From: Dehalococcoidia bacterium
Lineage (GTDB): Bacteria > Chloroflexota > Dehalococcoidia > SZUA-161 > SpSt-899
Length of the DNA: 64,000 bases
Reading direction: 5' to 3'
NCBI GenBank assembly: GCA_046484125.1
Contig: JAWOBX010000049.1
Location: 4,437-68,436 of the forward strand
Position numbers and translations under genes: made by a program. Positions 49,014 to 57,398 of this stretch are shown here, piece after piece (position 1 is the stretch's first letter; each line of letters opens with the position of its first letter). The notes below the pieces were generated by a model. The model was not told the DNA's origin. It searched no databases and was given only the letters and a program-made list of their open reading frames with translations.

Positions 49014-49849
49014 ACCCCCTGTTTTATTCCCTCATAAAGAGCACAAAATCTCTCTTTCCATTCGGGTTTACCTGTAACAAGCGGAACACCCTTCGCGTAC
49101 ATCCTGGCGATATCCATATCCAGAGGTATCTTCATCATCACAGGGATGCCCTTCGAGTGACAATATTTTTCGACGTTAATGTCACCATCACCGCTACGAT
49201 TAATAACCACACCGCGTGGTATCTTCAGGGTGGCGATCGCGTCAACCGCCAGTTCAAGGTCATTGAGGCCGAAAGGTGTAGGGTCAGTAACCAGCAGGCA
49301 GAAATCGCTTCCCTTAACCGCTTCAATAACCGGGCACGATGTGCCGGGCGACGCATCGATAATGGTGATATCCTCACCACCAACGCATTTCTTCACCTGC
49401 CGAATAACCGGAGGTGCCATAGCCTCCCCTACATTGAGCACACCCTGAGCGAATTCTATTCCACTGGCTCGGCCCTTCTCGATCTTCCCGATTGCCCTTG
49501 GCTCTTCTGTAATGGCCTTTTCCGGACACAGATAACCGCATGCTCCACACCCATGGCAAAGCTCATGAAAAGTCATCACCGTCGTCTTCAAAACCGCGAG
49601 GGCATTGTACGCGCATACATCCGCGCATAAACCACAATGAGTGCAAGCATTTTCGTCAATTACCGGAACAGGAATTACGGCGACTTCGCTCTCAACAAAC
49701 TCAGGCCGCATAAATATATGGTCGTTCGGCTCCTCGACATCACAGTCGAGGAGTTTTACCCGGTAACTTCCCGAAAGCGACAGCGCCAGGCTGGTTGCTA
49801 CCAGTGTCTTTCCTGTACCGCCTTTTCCACTGGCAACCGAGATTATCAT
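49007..49849 (-). CDS. MinD/ParA-family P-loop ATPase with inserted 2x[4Fe-4S] ferredoxin domain (second MinD-Fer)
   Basis: SGKGGTGKTL; CTHCGLCADVC and CHGCGACGYLCP. Confidence 0.75.
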   Translation of the reverse strand: MIISVASGKGGTGKTLVATSLALSLSGSYRVKLLDCDVEEPNDHIFMRPEFVESEVAVIPVPVIDENACTHCGLCADVCAYNALAVLKTTVMTFHELCHGCGACGYLCPEKAITEEPRAIGKIEKGRASGIEFAQGVLNVGEAMAPPVIRQVKKCVGGEDITIIDASPGTSCPVIEAVKGSDFCLLVTDPTPFGLNDLELAVDAIATLKIPRGVVINRSGDGDINVEKYCHSKGIPVMMKIPLDMDIARMYAKGVPLVTGKPEWKERFCALYEGIKQGVC

Positions 49850-49850
49850 C

Positions 49851-50078
49851 CTATTCTCTCACCATGGCCGTACTGCATTTCGGGCAACTGATTTCGGTGC
49901 ACGGTGTTCCCGGCTGATGCGGAACTCTCTCACCACAGCTCGGGCAAACGCAATTACCCCCAGGCCCCATTCCCGGTCGACCCATTTGCCCACTCTGCCT
50001 CTTTTGCCCTTTGCCTCTCATTCCTCTGCCCGTCCCCGGGCCCTTTCCAGTCGGTCCTGTTCCATCACCTCTGGGCAT
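49851..50078 (-). CDS. DUF5320-like small protein with C-terminal zinc ribbon
   Basis: N-terminal MPRGDGTGPTGKGPGTGRG matches the DUF5320 start motif; CVCPSCG...CPKC ribbon. Confidence 0.55.
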   Translation of the reverse strand: MPRGDGTGPTGKGPGTGRGMRGKGQKRQSGQMGRPGMGPGGNCVCPSCGERVPHQPGTPCTEISCPKCSTAMVRE

Positions 50079-50107
50079 TATTCCACTCCTTTTGCCATAC
50101 AGGCAAT

Positions 50108-50608
50108 CTATTTGATTCTTTTCTCCAGATCATTTATCCGCGAGATCATATCATCCATCTGCCGTTTCATTGAGTCGGCCCTGCTCTTTAAATCTTCGAT
50201 CTCAGTGCTGGCATTGCCGGCATACCCGACATCTCCAGCGTTCTTCCCTATACCCGCGTGCGCCCCCACCGTGGGACCGTGCGCAACATTCATGCTTCCT
50301 GATTTATAACGCTCAACCGCTTCTTTTACGCTGCCGGAAACACCGGTCAGTATTTCAATTCCCGCCTGGGCGAGAACCCGGTGTGCGTTCGGGCCAATAT
50401 TGCCGGTCAACACCGCCTGTACTCCCCTGTTGGCAACAACCTGGGCGGTGGCAATACCAGCTCCTCCGCCCGCCGAGCTATCGGCATTATTGTGCGCTTC
50501 GTATTCCATGTTTTCGGTATCTACAAATATAAGGTACTGGCATCTTCCAAATCTGGGATCCACTTCTGCGTCAAGTGTCTGGCCTTTAGCTGAAACTGCT
50601 ACTTTCAT
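50108..50608 (-). CDS. NifB/NifX-domain protein with C-terminal DUF5320-like Gly-rich/coiled-coil tail
   Basis: MKVAVSAKGQTLDAEVDPRFGRCQYLIFVDTEN (PF02579-like); tail ...EIEDLKSRADSMKRQMDDMISRINDLEKRIK. Start set at MKVAVS, not the upstream track Met. Confidence 0.6.
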   Translation of the reverse strand: MKVAVSAKGQTLDAEVDPRFGRCQYLIFVDTENMEYEAHNNADSSAGGGAGIATAQVVANRGVQAVLTGNIGPNAHRVLAQAGIEILTGVSGSVKEAVERYKSGSMNVAHGPTVGAHAGIGKNAGDVGYAGNASTEIEDLKSRADSMKRQMDDMISRINDLEKRIK

Positions 50609-50830
50609 CAATCCTTCCTTTTTCAATTTATGGAGTTTTATTTGGCGTACCTGTTCAGGCAAACTCATGAGCAAATTTTCCGGCATCAAACATGGGAATT
50701 GCGAACATAGGTACGACATTCAAATCCACAAACTTGCCACCTGTTCATGAGTCCTCACTGAATTTATGATACTCCTCTATCATCAAAGATATACCAATCC
50801 TTATATCCAGTCAAACAGTAATTTCCCTTC

Positions 50831-50886
50831 GCTAACGGCGGGAACTACCCCGAAGGTAAATCCCCGCCGTTAGCTTTCTTTTTTGT
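50831..50886 (+). terminator. Strong hairpin (12 bp perfect stem) plus T-run, intrinsic-terminator-like in the plus-strand sense, inside a minus-strand gene cluster
   Basis: gctaacggcggg-aactaccccgaaggtaaat-cccgccgttagc followed by tttcttttttg. Confidence 0.5.
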
Positions 50887-50937
50887 TCAATGGCCCGCTA
50901 ATCCAGTACACATCTAACAGCTTATTGAAAAGTCATA

Positions 50938-51270
50938 TCAACTCTGGTTTTGCTGCAACTCTTTTATTCTGGACTCGATATCCTCGAGTTCTTCCTTTAT
51001 GGCCTGCGCCTGATTTTGTAGCATATCCATTTCCTGCTCCCGGCTCATGGCAGGCGGGGCATACGCTGTATCATACGGTGCGCCATATGCCGCACCGTAT
51101 GCTGGGCCTCTCCAGCCCATCCCCCGGCCACGCCCGAATCCAGGGCCGCGTCCAAATCCTCGGCCTCTGCCAAACCACCCTCTTCCCGCTCCCCAGGGAT
51201 TGCAGAAACCTCTTCCTCCGCCGGTCATGGGTCCCATGCCGAGCGGTCCTGTTCCATCAAATCCTGGCAT
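50938..51270 (-). CDS. DUF5320-family protein: Gly/Arg-rich N-terminal region plus C-terminal coiled coil
   Basis: MPGFDGTGPLGMGPMTGGGRGFC start; GRGWFGRGRGFGRGPGFGRGRG repeats; C-terminal EQEMDMLQNQAQAIKEELEDIESRIKELQ. Confidence 0.6.
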   Translation of the reverse strand: MPGFDGTGPLGMGPMTGGGRGFCNPWGAGRGWFGRGRGFGRGPGFGRGRGMGWRGPAYGAAYGAPYDTAYAPPAMSREQEMDMLQNQAQAIKEELEDIESRIKELQQNQS

Positions 51271-51298
51271 TGCTTTTACCTCCTTTCCAAGATATTAT

Positions 51299-51598
51299 CT
51301 ACCATCGGTAGGGATTATTATATGGTCCAGTTGGTGCCGGCGCGGGTGGACCGTACATCGCACCCGGGTACCAGGCTCTTCCGGGTGCCCATGGATAAAT
51401 CCTGCACATCCTGCCCCGGCCGAAACCGCGTCCCCATCCACCCCCGAAACCTCTTCCACGACCCATTCCGAGTCCTCGACCGAAGCCTCTGCCCCAGCCA
51501 AAACCCGGACCGGGGCCCATACCGTACCCGGGGGCCCATCCAAAGCCACCGCCCCAACCGAACCATCCTCTTCCTTTTCCAAACGGCATTTCCATCAC
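51299..51598 (-). CDS. Gly/Arg/Trp/Phe-rich low-complexity protein (paralogous to the DUF5320 Gly-Arg region)
   Basis: FGKGRGWFGWGGGFGW...GRGFGRGLGMGRGRGFGGGWGRGFGRGR. Shares the GRGWFG motif with the neighbouring protein. Several overlapping ORFs on both strands here; frame chosen by operon orientation and paralogy. Confidence 0.45.
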   Translation of the reverse strand: MMEMPFGKGRGWFGWGGGFGWAPGYGMGPGPGFGWGRGFGRGLGMGRGRGFGGGWGRGFGRGRMCRIYPWAPGRAWYPGAMYGPPAPAPTGPYNNPYRW

Positions 51599-51611
51599 CC
51601 CCTTTCGGGAT

Positions 51612-52277
51612 CTATTCCTTTCTTTTCAATTTGCTGTAGTATGAATCGGATAAATACAATCCAGCAGCCGGATTGTGACCGAATACTCTGTCTTTGGCAA
51701 TCAGCACCGTGACCGGTGCCTTACAATGCCTGAAGAACAGGGAATCATGCCCGACACACAGACCTACTGCGATATTGAAGTCCGTCTCTTCATCATTGAG
51801 TATCTGCGCCTGCGCTATTGGATTGCACATGGCCTCGCGTACATCCGGTCCGGCAATCTTCTGCTCTCTGGAGACCCCTATCTGTTCCTTGGGAACGGAA
51901 CCCGCTTTACAACAGACTGAAACCACATCGAATCCACGGTTCTCAAGTATATCTGTCAACGTTAGCGCCTCATTCCGCAGGCCAACACAGAATGCTATAC
52001 CGAGCCTCTTGTATCCCAGCTTCTTCGCGAACTGGGCAACCTCCTCAACCCTCGGATTGCGCGGAGTTCTTCCTTCCGGCAGATTCATATAACATTCATA
52101 TTCCTGAATCGAGGCTTCCTTCGCGAATTCCTTTGTCTCAGACTCTTCATATGTCTTCAGTGCCCTTTTTACAGCATCAGAATGCCTTACCATCGGGCAG
52201 TTCTCCGGCGCCTGGTTCGTTTCCTCACGATAGCACTTGAAACTCGAACACCTCGCGCAATCCGTTTTCATCTCCAT
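51612..52277 (-). CDS. DUF1847-like cysteine-rich metal-binding protein
   Basis: MEMKTDCARCSSFKCY ... FCVGL ... VCCKAG ... CVGHD pattern. Confidence 0.5.
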   Translation of the reverse strand: MEMKTDCARCSSFKCYREETNQAPENCPMVRHSDAVKRALKTYEESETKEFAKEASIQEYECYMNLPEGRTPRNPRVEEVAQFAKKLGYKRLGIAFCVGLRNEALTLTDILENRGFDVVSVCCKAGSVPKEQIGVSREQKIAGPDVREAMCNPIAQAQILNDEETDFNIAVGLCVGHDSLFFRHCKAPVTVLIAKDRVFGHNPAAGLYLSDSYYSKLKRKE

Positions 52278-52306
52278 TTCTATTCCTTACCTTAATTATT
52301 GCCTTT

Positions 52307-52783
52307 TTACCTTCGCCATCCTCTGCCCCTTCGTCTTCCACCCCTTATTTGTCGCCTGGCACCGGCAGCAGGCGGAGCCGGCTCCGAATACGGCTTCTGG
52401 CACCTTGGACATAAACTTAAATCCTCATGATCTACCATATCCAGCGGAACCTCCCATTCATGTCCATCCCAGTCACACCTCAACCTTCGCCGCTGAACCT
52501 CAAAATTGCCGCCTCCTATCCTTATTGCCTTGCCCATCGTAAGGGCCTCAGCCACCTTGGCACGGGCGGAACCAAGCACCCGGTGAAAAGTAGGCCTCGA
52601 TATTCCCATCCTGCTGGCACATTCCTCCTGTTGCAGTCCCTCTCTATCCTTAAGCCGCATCGCTTCCAGCTCCTCAAACGAGAGTGAAATCTCTTCAATC
52701 GATCGGATTGGTATTCCGGCCGGCTTGAAATGAGTGGCCTCAGGTACGTAACCAACGCGCCTTCCTTTTACTGGTCTTGGCAT
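52307..52783 (-). CDS. DUF134 (UPF0251) putative DNA-binding regulator with C-terminal zinc ribbon and Arg-rich tail
   Basis: MPRPVKGRRVGYVPEATHFKPAGIP...LSFEELEAMRLKDREGLQQEECASRMGISRPTFHRVL matches DUF134 consensus; CDWDGHEW...CPRCQ. Confidence 0.7.
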   Translation of the reverse strand: MPRPVKGRRVGYVPEATHFKPAGIPIRSIEEISLSFEELEAMRLKDREGLQQEECASRMGISRPTFHRVLGSARAKVAEALTMGKAIRIGGGNFEVQRRRLRCDWDGHEWEVPLDMVDHEDLSLCPRCQKPYSEPAPPAAGARRQIRGGRRRGRGWRR

Positions 52784-52972
52784 ATTCTCAACATCTCCAT
52801 TATGGACATACGTCCATAATAATGTTATCACCGGCATGTCCACATGTCAATCTGATGATAATAAAATGATTTCAGCTAAAAGGATATTGCATTCAAACGC
52901 CGATGTAAGTGGTAAAGCTTCCAATTGCAATCCTCAATTTGCTCATGTAACATTTTTATGCGGGATGTATTT

Positions 52973-53605
52973 ATGGGAAAACGCATAATCTCATTCGACC
53001 TTACCGGAACACTGGCGACCACCCGGTTTTGTGACTCGATATATTTTCAGGGGTTGCCGGAGATATACGCTTCAATTAATAATGTGGAAATAGAAGAGGC
53101 GAAGCGCTACCTGCGGGTATTCTATGACGAGGTGGGGGACAGGTCGCCGGAGTGGTATGATATTAAATACTGGTTCGAACGCCTCAGTCTGGGCAACGGC
53201 TGGATGGAGCTTCTCAGAGAAATGAGCCACAATATAGAATGGTACCCCGAATCCGAACAGGTTCTGGCCGAACTGAATTATGAATACGACCTGATATTGC
53301 TCACTAACGCGTGCCGTGAGTTTATGGAGGTGGAAACCGAGGCAATCAGCAAGTATTTCAAACGGATGATATCCTGCGTCTCGGAATTCGGCGAGGTGAA
53401 AAAGACACCGGAGTTCTATCTAAGGGTTTGCCAATCCCTCTCATGCGGGACTGAGGATATAATTCATGTGGGAGATCACTGGCATTTCGACTACGTGGCT
53501 CCCAGGGGATGCGGAATGACGGCTTTTTACCTGGACCGATCAGGACGTGATGATGGCGATTTCACTATCCATCAGCTTAGCGATTTGCGAACACGGATGA
53601 TATAA
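52973..53605 (+). CDS. HAD-superfamily hydrolase
   Basis: FDLTGTLA motif I (DxTGT); start inferred from the ORF-track frame. My line count gives 52972, so a 1-nt ambiguity remains. Confidence 0.65.
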   Translation: MGKRIISFDLTGTLATTRFCDSIYFQGLPEIYASINNVEIEEAKRYLRVFYDEVGDRSPEWYDIKYWFERLSLGNGWMELLREMSHNIEWYPESEQVLAELNYEYDLILLTNACREFMEVETEAISKYFKRMISCVSEFGEVKKTPEFYLRVCQSLSCGTEDIIHVGDHWHFDYVAPRGCGMTAFYLDRSGRDDGDFTIHQLSDLRTRMI

Positions 53606-53621
53606 TTTTATCGGAAGAGAA

Positions 53622-54314
53622 ATGGTTGAAGATTACAGTAATGAAATCGAATACGCCTTGAGCCACACCGAGATTGTGAGGCCTCCCATGCAAAGGCTCA
53701 ATACCTTTGGCAATACAAGTGTGCATTATTACCTCCTCACCGAACCAATGGATTCGGTCAATGAAACGCGTATCCGGGAAGGTAGAGTAATTGCGGAGAG
53801 GCCGAGGATCGTCACAGCCGATTATTTCCTCAACGCGTTCGAGGGATTCGGAGAACACGCCAGTGATCAGGCAAGGGAAATGCTCAGCAGGCTCGGCTAT
53901 TCGCCGGACATAATGGAATATAAATACCGGAATGAGGACACCCATAGCTGGGTACTATCGGAGGAAATAGGCGATGTGGCAATCAAGCTCGCCTCCAAGA
54001 TTGATTACGAGGACGACCCGATGGCGGCCATCCTCAAAGGGCCCGATGATGCCTGGCAGGTATCTCTCTTGCAGTTCATTATGCAGGTGACAAGGTCATC
54101 ACTGAGCAAGAATATCCATGATCTCAACAGCCATGGGCTCTTCCAGAGGGAACAGGGAATACCGAAATTCATCAGGGAGGAAATCGAAGACCTGTTCCGC
54201 CAGGTCCAGGAAAGCCGCATCGATATAGACGACCTTGGCTCGAGACTTCAGTCCTACGGTTTATTCGAGAGCTATCAGGATCGCTTTTTTGCCCTTTTCC
54301 ATCGCAACAGATAG
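53622..54314 (+). CDS. Hypothetical protein (230 aa)
   Basis: Long ORF co-oriented with the HAD gene; no family recognised. Confidence 0.4.
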   Translation: MVEDYSNEIEYALSHTEIVRPPMQRLNTFGNTSVHYYLLTEPMDSVNETRIREGRVIAERPRIVTADYFLNAFEGFGEHASDQAREMLSRLGYSPDIMEYKYRNEDTHSWVLSEEIGDVAIKLASKIDYEDDPMAAILKGPDDAWQVSLLQFIMQVTRSSLSKNIHDLNSHGLFQREQGIPKFIREEIEDLFRQVQESRIDIDDLGSRLQSYGLFESYQDRFFALFHRNR

Positions 54315-54419
54315 ATAGATGGCTCATGATACCGTTTCCGGGGAAAAAGCCTCGGCGGTAAGTACCATCAAGGGATCTCCCTCAAATCTATTCAACCCCG
54401 TCCGGGAAGACTTTCAGAA

Positions 54420-55172
54420 ATGGAGAATTACGACAAGGCAGCAAAATTGATAAACGAATCCAGGAGGCTGGTGGTTTTCACCGGAGCTGGTGTAAGTACG
54501 GAATCGGGTATTTCGGATTTCCGCAGTCCGGGCGGCCTCTGGGAGAAATACGATCCGGCCGAGTTCATATTCGACCGCTTCATCTCCAGTGAGCAGACCC
54601 GTGAAAAATACTGGGAGTTCAACCGGGTGCTCTGGCCGGGAATCGTTGAGGCCCAACCCAATGCCGCCCACCTGGCGATTGCCGAACTCGACCGTATGGG
54701 TAAACTTGACTGTGTGATAACTCAAAACATCGACGGACTTCATCAGCGAGCCGGACTTCCGGATGAAAAGGTGATAGAACTGCATGGTACCGCCCGATGG
54801 GTAATTTGCCTTGACTGCGCCAAGAGGTATCCGCGGCAGGAGATCCACGACCTGGTTGAGTCCGGCGTAAAGGCCCCGAGGTGTGACGAGTGCGGCGGCA
54901 TTTTGAAGCCGGCCACGGTATCCTTCGGTCAGGCGATGCCGGAAAAAGAGACTCGTGACGCGGAAAGGCGATCCGGCTCATGCGACCTTTTCATTGTTAT
55001 AGGTTCTTCTCTGGTCGTTTATCCGGCTGCACAGATGCCGCTTTTGGCCCGGCAATGTGGGGCAAAGCTGATCATTATAAATACGACTCCAACCCCGCAC
55101 GACAGCCATGCCGAGGTGATAATCAGAGAGAAGGCCGGGGAGGCCATGCAGGAGATCATCAGGCGGCTATAG
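54420..55172 (+). CDS. NAD-dependent protein deacylase (Sir2 family)
   Basis: GAGVSTESGISDFR; Zn motif CLDC...CDEC. Confidence 0.85.
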   Translation: MENYDKAAKLINESRRLVVFTGAGVSTESGISDFRSPGGLWEKYDPAEFIFDRFISSEQTREKYWEFNRVLWPGIVEAQPNAAHLAIAELDRMGKLDCVITQNIDGLHQRAGLPDEKVIELHGTARWVICLDCAKRYPRQEIHDLVESGVKAPRCDECGGILKPATVSFGQAMPEKETRDAERRSGSCDLFIVIGSSLVVYPAAQMPLLARQCGAKLIIINTTPTPHDSHAEVIIREKAGEAMQEIIRRL

Positions 55173-55259
55173 CCGCCTGAATGCGGGTAAATTCATTAAC
55201 TGTAAAAAGGTGCCCTGACATAGCGCCAGGGCACCCGTTACTACCCCCCTCAATACCGC

Positions 55260-56192
55260 CTAAATCTTCGCCCCACACTTTCCACAGAACTCGAAATCAC
55301 TGGGGATATGTACCGCTCCACAGCCTGAACATTTCTTGGTAGGCGGACCGAATTCGTATTCCGAGGGTATACCAGCGGCGTCTCGCTCCCTGAACCTCAT
55401 CCATTCGGCTTTGCGCTGGTCGACAAAGGCCGAAGTTCCCTCCATCATCTCAGCGGTATTGGCAACGTGAATCGCCCAGAAATCCCTCCCCTGCATCAGC
55501 ACTGTCGAGGATATATCATGCCAGAAGTTGAGCTGGGTCTTGGTGTACCGGATGGCCCACGGGAATTTGTTTATAAGGGTTTTACACAGCTTATCGACTT
55601 CTTCATCCAGCTGGTCGAACGGTACAACTTTATTGACTATACCCCAGTCAAGCGCGGTTTGCGCGTCGATGCGATCATCAGTCATCAGCAGCCAGCGGGC
55701 TCGCTTATCACCCATTATCATGGTAGCGAATTGAGTAGTGCCGATGGCGACGGCTCCAACGAAGGCCTCACCAGCAGTGAATTTCGTGTTATCAGCGGCA
55801 ATAGCCAGATCACAGAACACTAGCAACTCGAATCCTCCCCCGATAATCTGGCCAAAACAGCGTGCTACGACCGGCTTACCGCAACTCCTTATGGCGGCGC
55901 CCATCCTGGCGAAATCGCCAGTTAGCGCCAACCCTCCCATTGGGTCAGTACAGATATCCTCGTTTATTGCCTTTACATCAGCCCCGGCAGCGAACGCCTT
56001 ATCACCCGCCCCCGTCAGCACGATTACAGCGACCCGGCGATCATAACCAAGTTTGTCGAAAGCATCGGTCATCTCACGGAATACTTCGATTGTCAGGGCG
56101 TTGTAGGCCTTGGGTCGATTGATGGCAACTGTTGCCACCATATCCTTGATATCAACCAGAATTGAGTTATACGGGCCGTATTCCACAGCCAT
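55260..56192 (-). CDS. Crotonase-family enzyme (enoyl-CoA hydratase / MenB-like) with C-terminal zinc-ribbon extension
   Basis: LTGAGDKAFAAGADV, GGGFELL; C-terminal CSGCGAVHIPSDFEFCGKCG; start at MAVEYG so it does not run into the tRNA. Confidence 0.7.
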   Translation of the reverse strand: MAVEYGPYNSILVDIKDMVATVAINRPKAYNALTIEVFREMTDAFDKLGYDRRVAVIVLTGAGDKAFAAGADVKAINEDICTDPMGGLALTGDFARMGAAIRSCGKPVVARCFGQIIGGGFELLVFCDLAIAADNTKFTAGEAFVGAVAIGTTQFATMIMGDKRARWLLMTDDRIDAQTALDWGIVNKVVPFDQLDEEVDKLCKTLINKFPWAIRYTKTQLNFWHDISSTVLMQGRDFWAIHVANTAEMMEGTSAFVDQRKAEWMRFRERDAAGIPSEYEFGPPTKKCSGCGAVHIPSDFEFCGKCGAKI

Positions 56193-56220
56193 GCAGAACC
56201 TCCTCAGAATCTTAGATTGG

Positions 56221-56296
56221 GCATAAAAAATCGGGGAGAGAGGATTTGAACCTCCGACCCCCTGCACCCCATGCAGGTGCGCTCACCAGACTGCGC
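56221..56296 (-). tRNA. tRNA-Pro (anticodon GGG)
   Basis: Cloverleaf read by hand on the reverse complement: acceptor CGGGGAG/CTCCCCG, anticodon stem CCTGC/GCAGG with loop ATGGGGT, T-arm GGAGG-TTCAAAT-CCTCT. Confidence 0.65.
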
Positions 56297-56438
56297 CACT
56301 CCCCGATGTAAAGCCAACTTATGTTACCATAGCCATGGAGGAAAATCCAAGCGTCGTTTAGTTATGTCAAGCGGCATCCTGAGGATTCTTGACTTCGAAG
56401 GTGCCAAGATGATATATTAACGTTCGTCCAAACCGCGT

Positions 56439-56513
56439 GGCAGCGTAGCTCAAAGGTAGAGCAGGGGACTCATAAGCCCAAGGTTACAGGTTCGACTCCT
56501 GTCGCTGCCACCA
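56439..56513 (+). tRNA. tRNA with CAU anticodon (Met or Ile2), CCA encoded
   Basis: GGCAGCG...CGCTGCC-A-CCA acceptor, D-arm GCTC/GAGC, anticodon loop CTCATAA, T-arm ACAGG-TTCGACT-CCTGT. The anticodon stem has G-A and A-G end pairs around three G-C pairs. Confidence 0.6.
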
Positions 56514-56852
56514 TTAAGAGGGCCGGACCTCCACAAGCAACAAGGGGATTCCCGTCTTTCGTATTGGGACTAAGTCCACGGTACCGGATTCACATGTACC
56601 CTGTCAACCACCCTTTTCATAGAAGGCTCTACCCTTTAACGGACAGCCGGTGTCAAAGGTGGGGCAAGTTTCATATGTTACAAATCGCTGGTATCATTTC
56701 AACCATAATCAACGCCGCTAATCATTACTCTCCCCGGTTACAAGAGTGCTGAGAGGTCATAGTCACGGGTGAGAAATGATTTGTACTCAGGTATGGTTTT
56801 CACCCCTGGCTTAAATGGTGCTATAATATGCCTCGAAAGCCGTGAGCGAATT

Positions 56853-57398
56853 ATGAAAGTCGTCGCAATAGTGGGAATGAATGGCTCGGGTAAATCCGAG
56901 GTCTCGGCGCGGTTCGAGGAAGCCGGATTCGTCAGAATCCGGTTCGGTGATATTACCGACAAGGAACTCGACCGGCGCGGCATGGAGATCAACGAGGAAA
57001 ACGAGAGGCGCGTTAGAAAGGTTTTGAGGGATGAGCATGGCATGGAGGCATACGCCGTGCTGAATCTGCCCATAATAAATGAGGCTCTCAACCGTGCCCA
57101 TGTAGTTGTCGATGGCCTGTATTCATGGGAGGAATACAGGCTTCTGAAGGAACAATTAGGCGATGACCTGATAATTGTAGCCGTCTACGCCTCACCAAAA
57201 ACCCGGCAAAACCGCCTGCCGAATCGACGCATAAGACCGCTGAGTCCTGAAGAATCCCTCAGTCGCGACTATAACGAAATCGAGAAACTGAATAAGGGCG
57301 GCCCTATAGCTATGGCGGATTTCACCCTTATAAACGAATCGAACCTGCGGGAACTGAAAAGGGAGACCGGAAAGATCATCTCCTCTATCGCCTCATGA
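56853..57398 (+). CDS. P-loop nucleotide/nucleoside kinase-like protein
   Basis: MKVVAIVGMNGSGKSEV Walker A; about 180 aa; 4-nt overlap with the dCMP deaminase gene. Confidence 0.5.
   Translation: MKVVAIVGMNGSGKSEVSARFEEAGFVRIRFGDITDKELDRRGMEINEENERRVRKVLRDEHGMEAYAVLNLPIINEALNRAHVVVDGLYSWEEYRLLKEQLGDDLIIVAVYASPKTRQNRLPNRRIRPLSPEESLSRDYNEIEKLNKGGPIAMADFTLINESNLRELKRETGKIISSIAS

Noticed and set aside
51047-51712. 221-aa plus-strand ORF across the Gly/Arg-rich region
   Set aside because: Repeat-driven open frame (Pro/Ala/Gly-rich) antisense to the minus-strand operon; kept only as a caveat in the corresponding finding.
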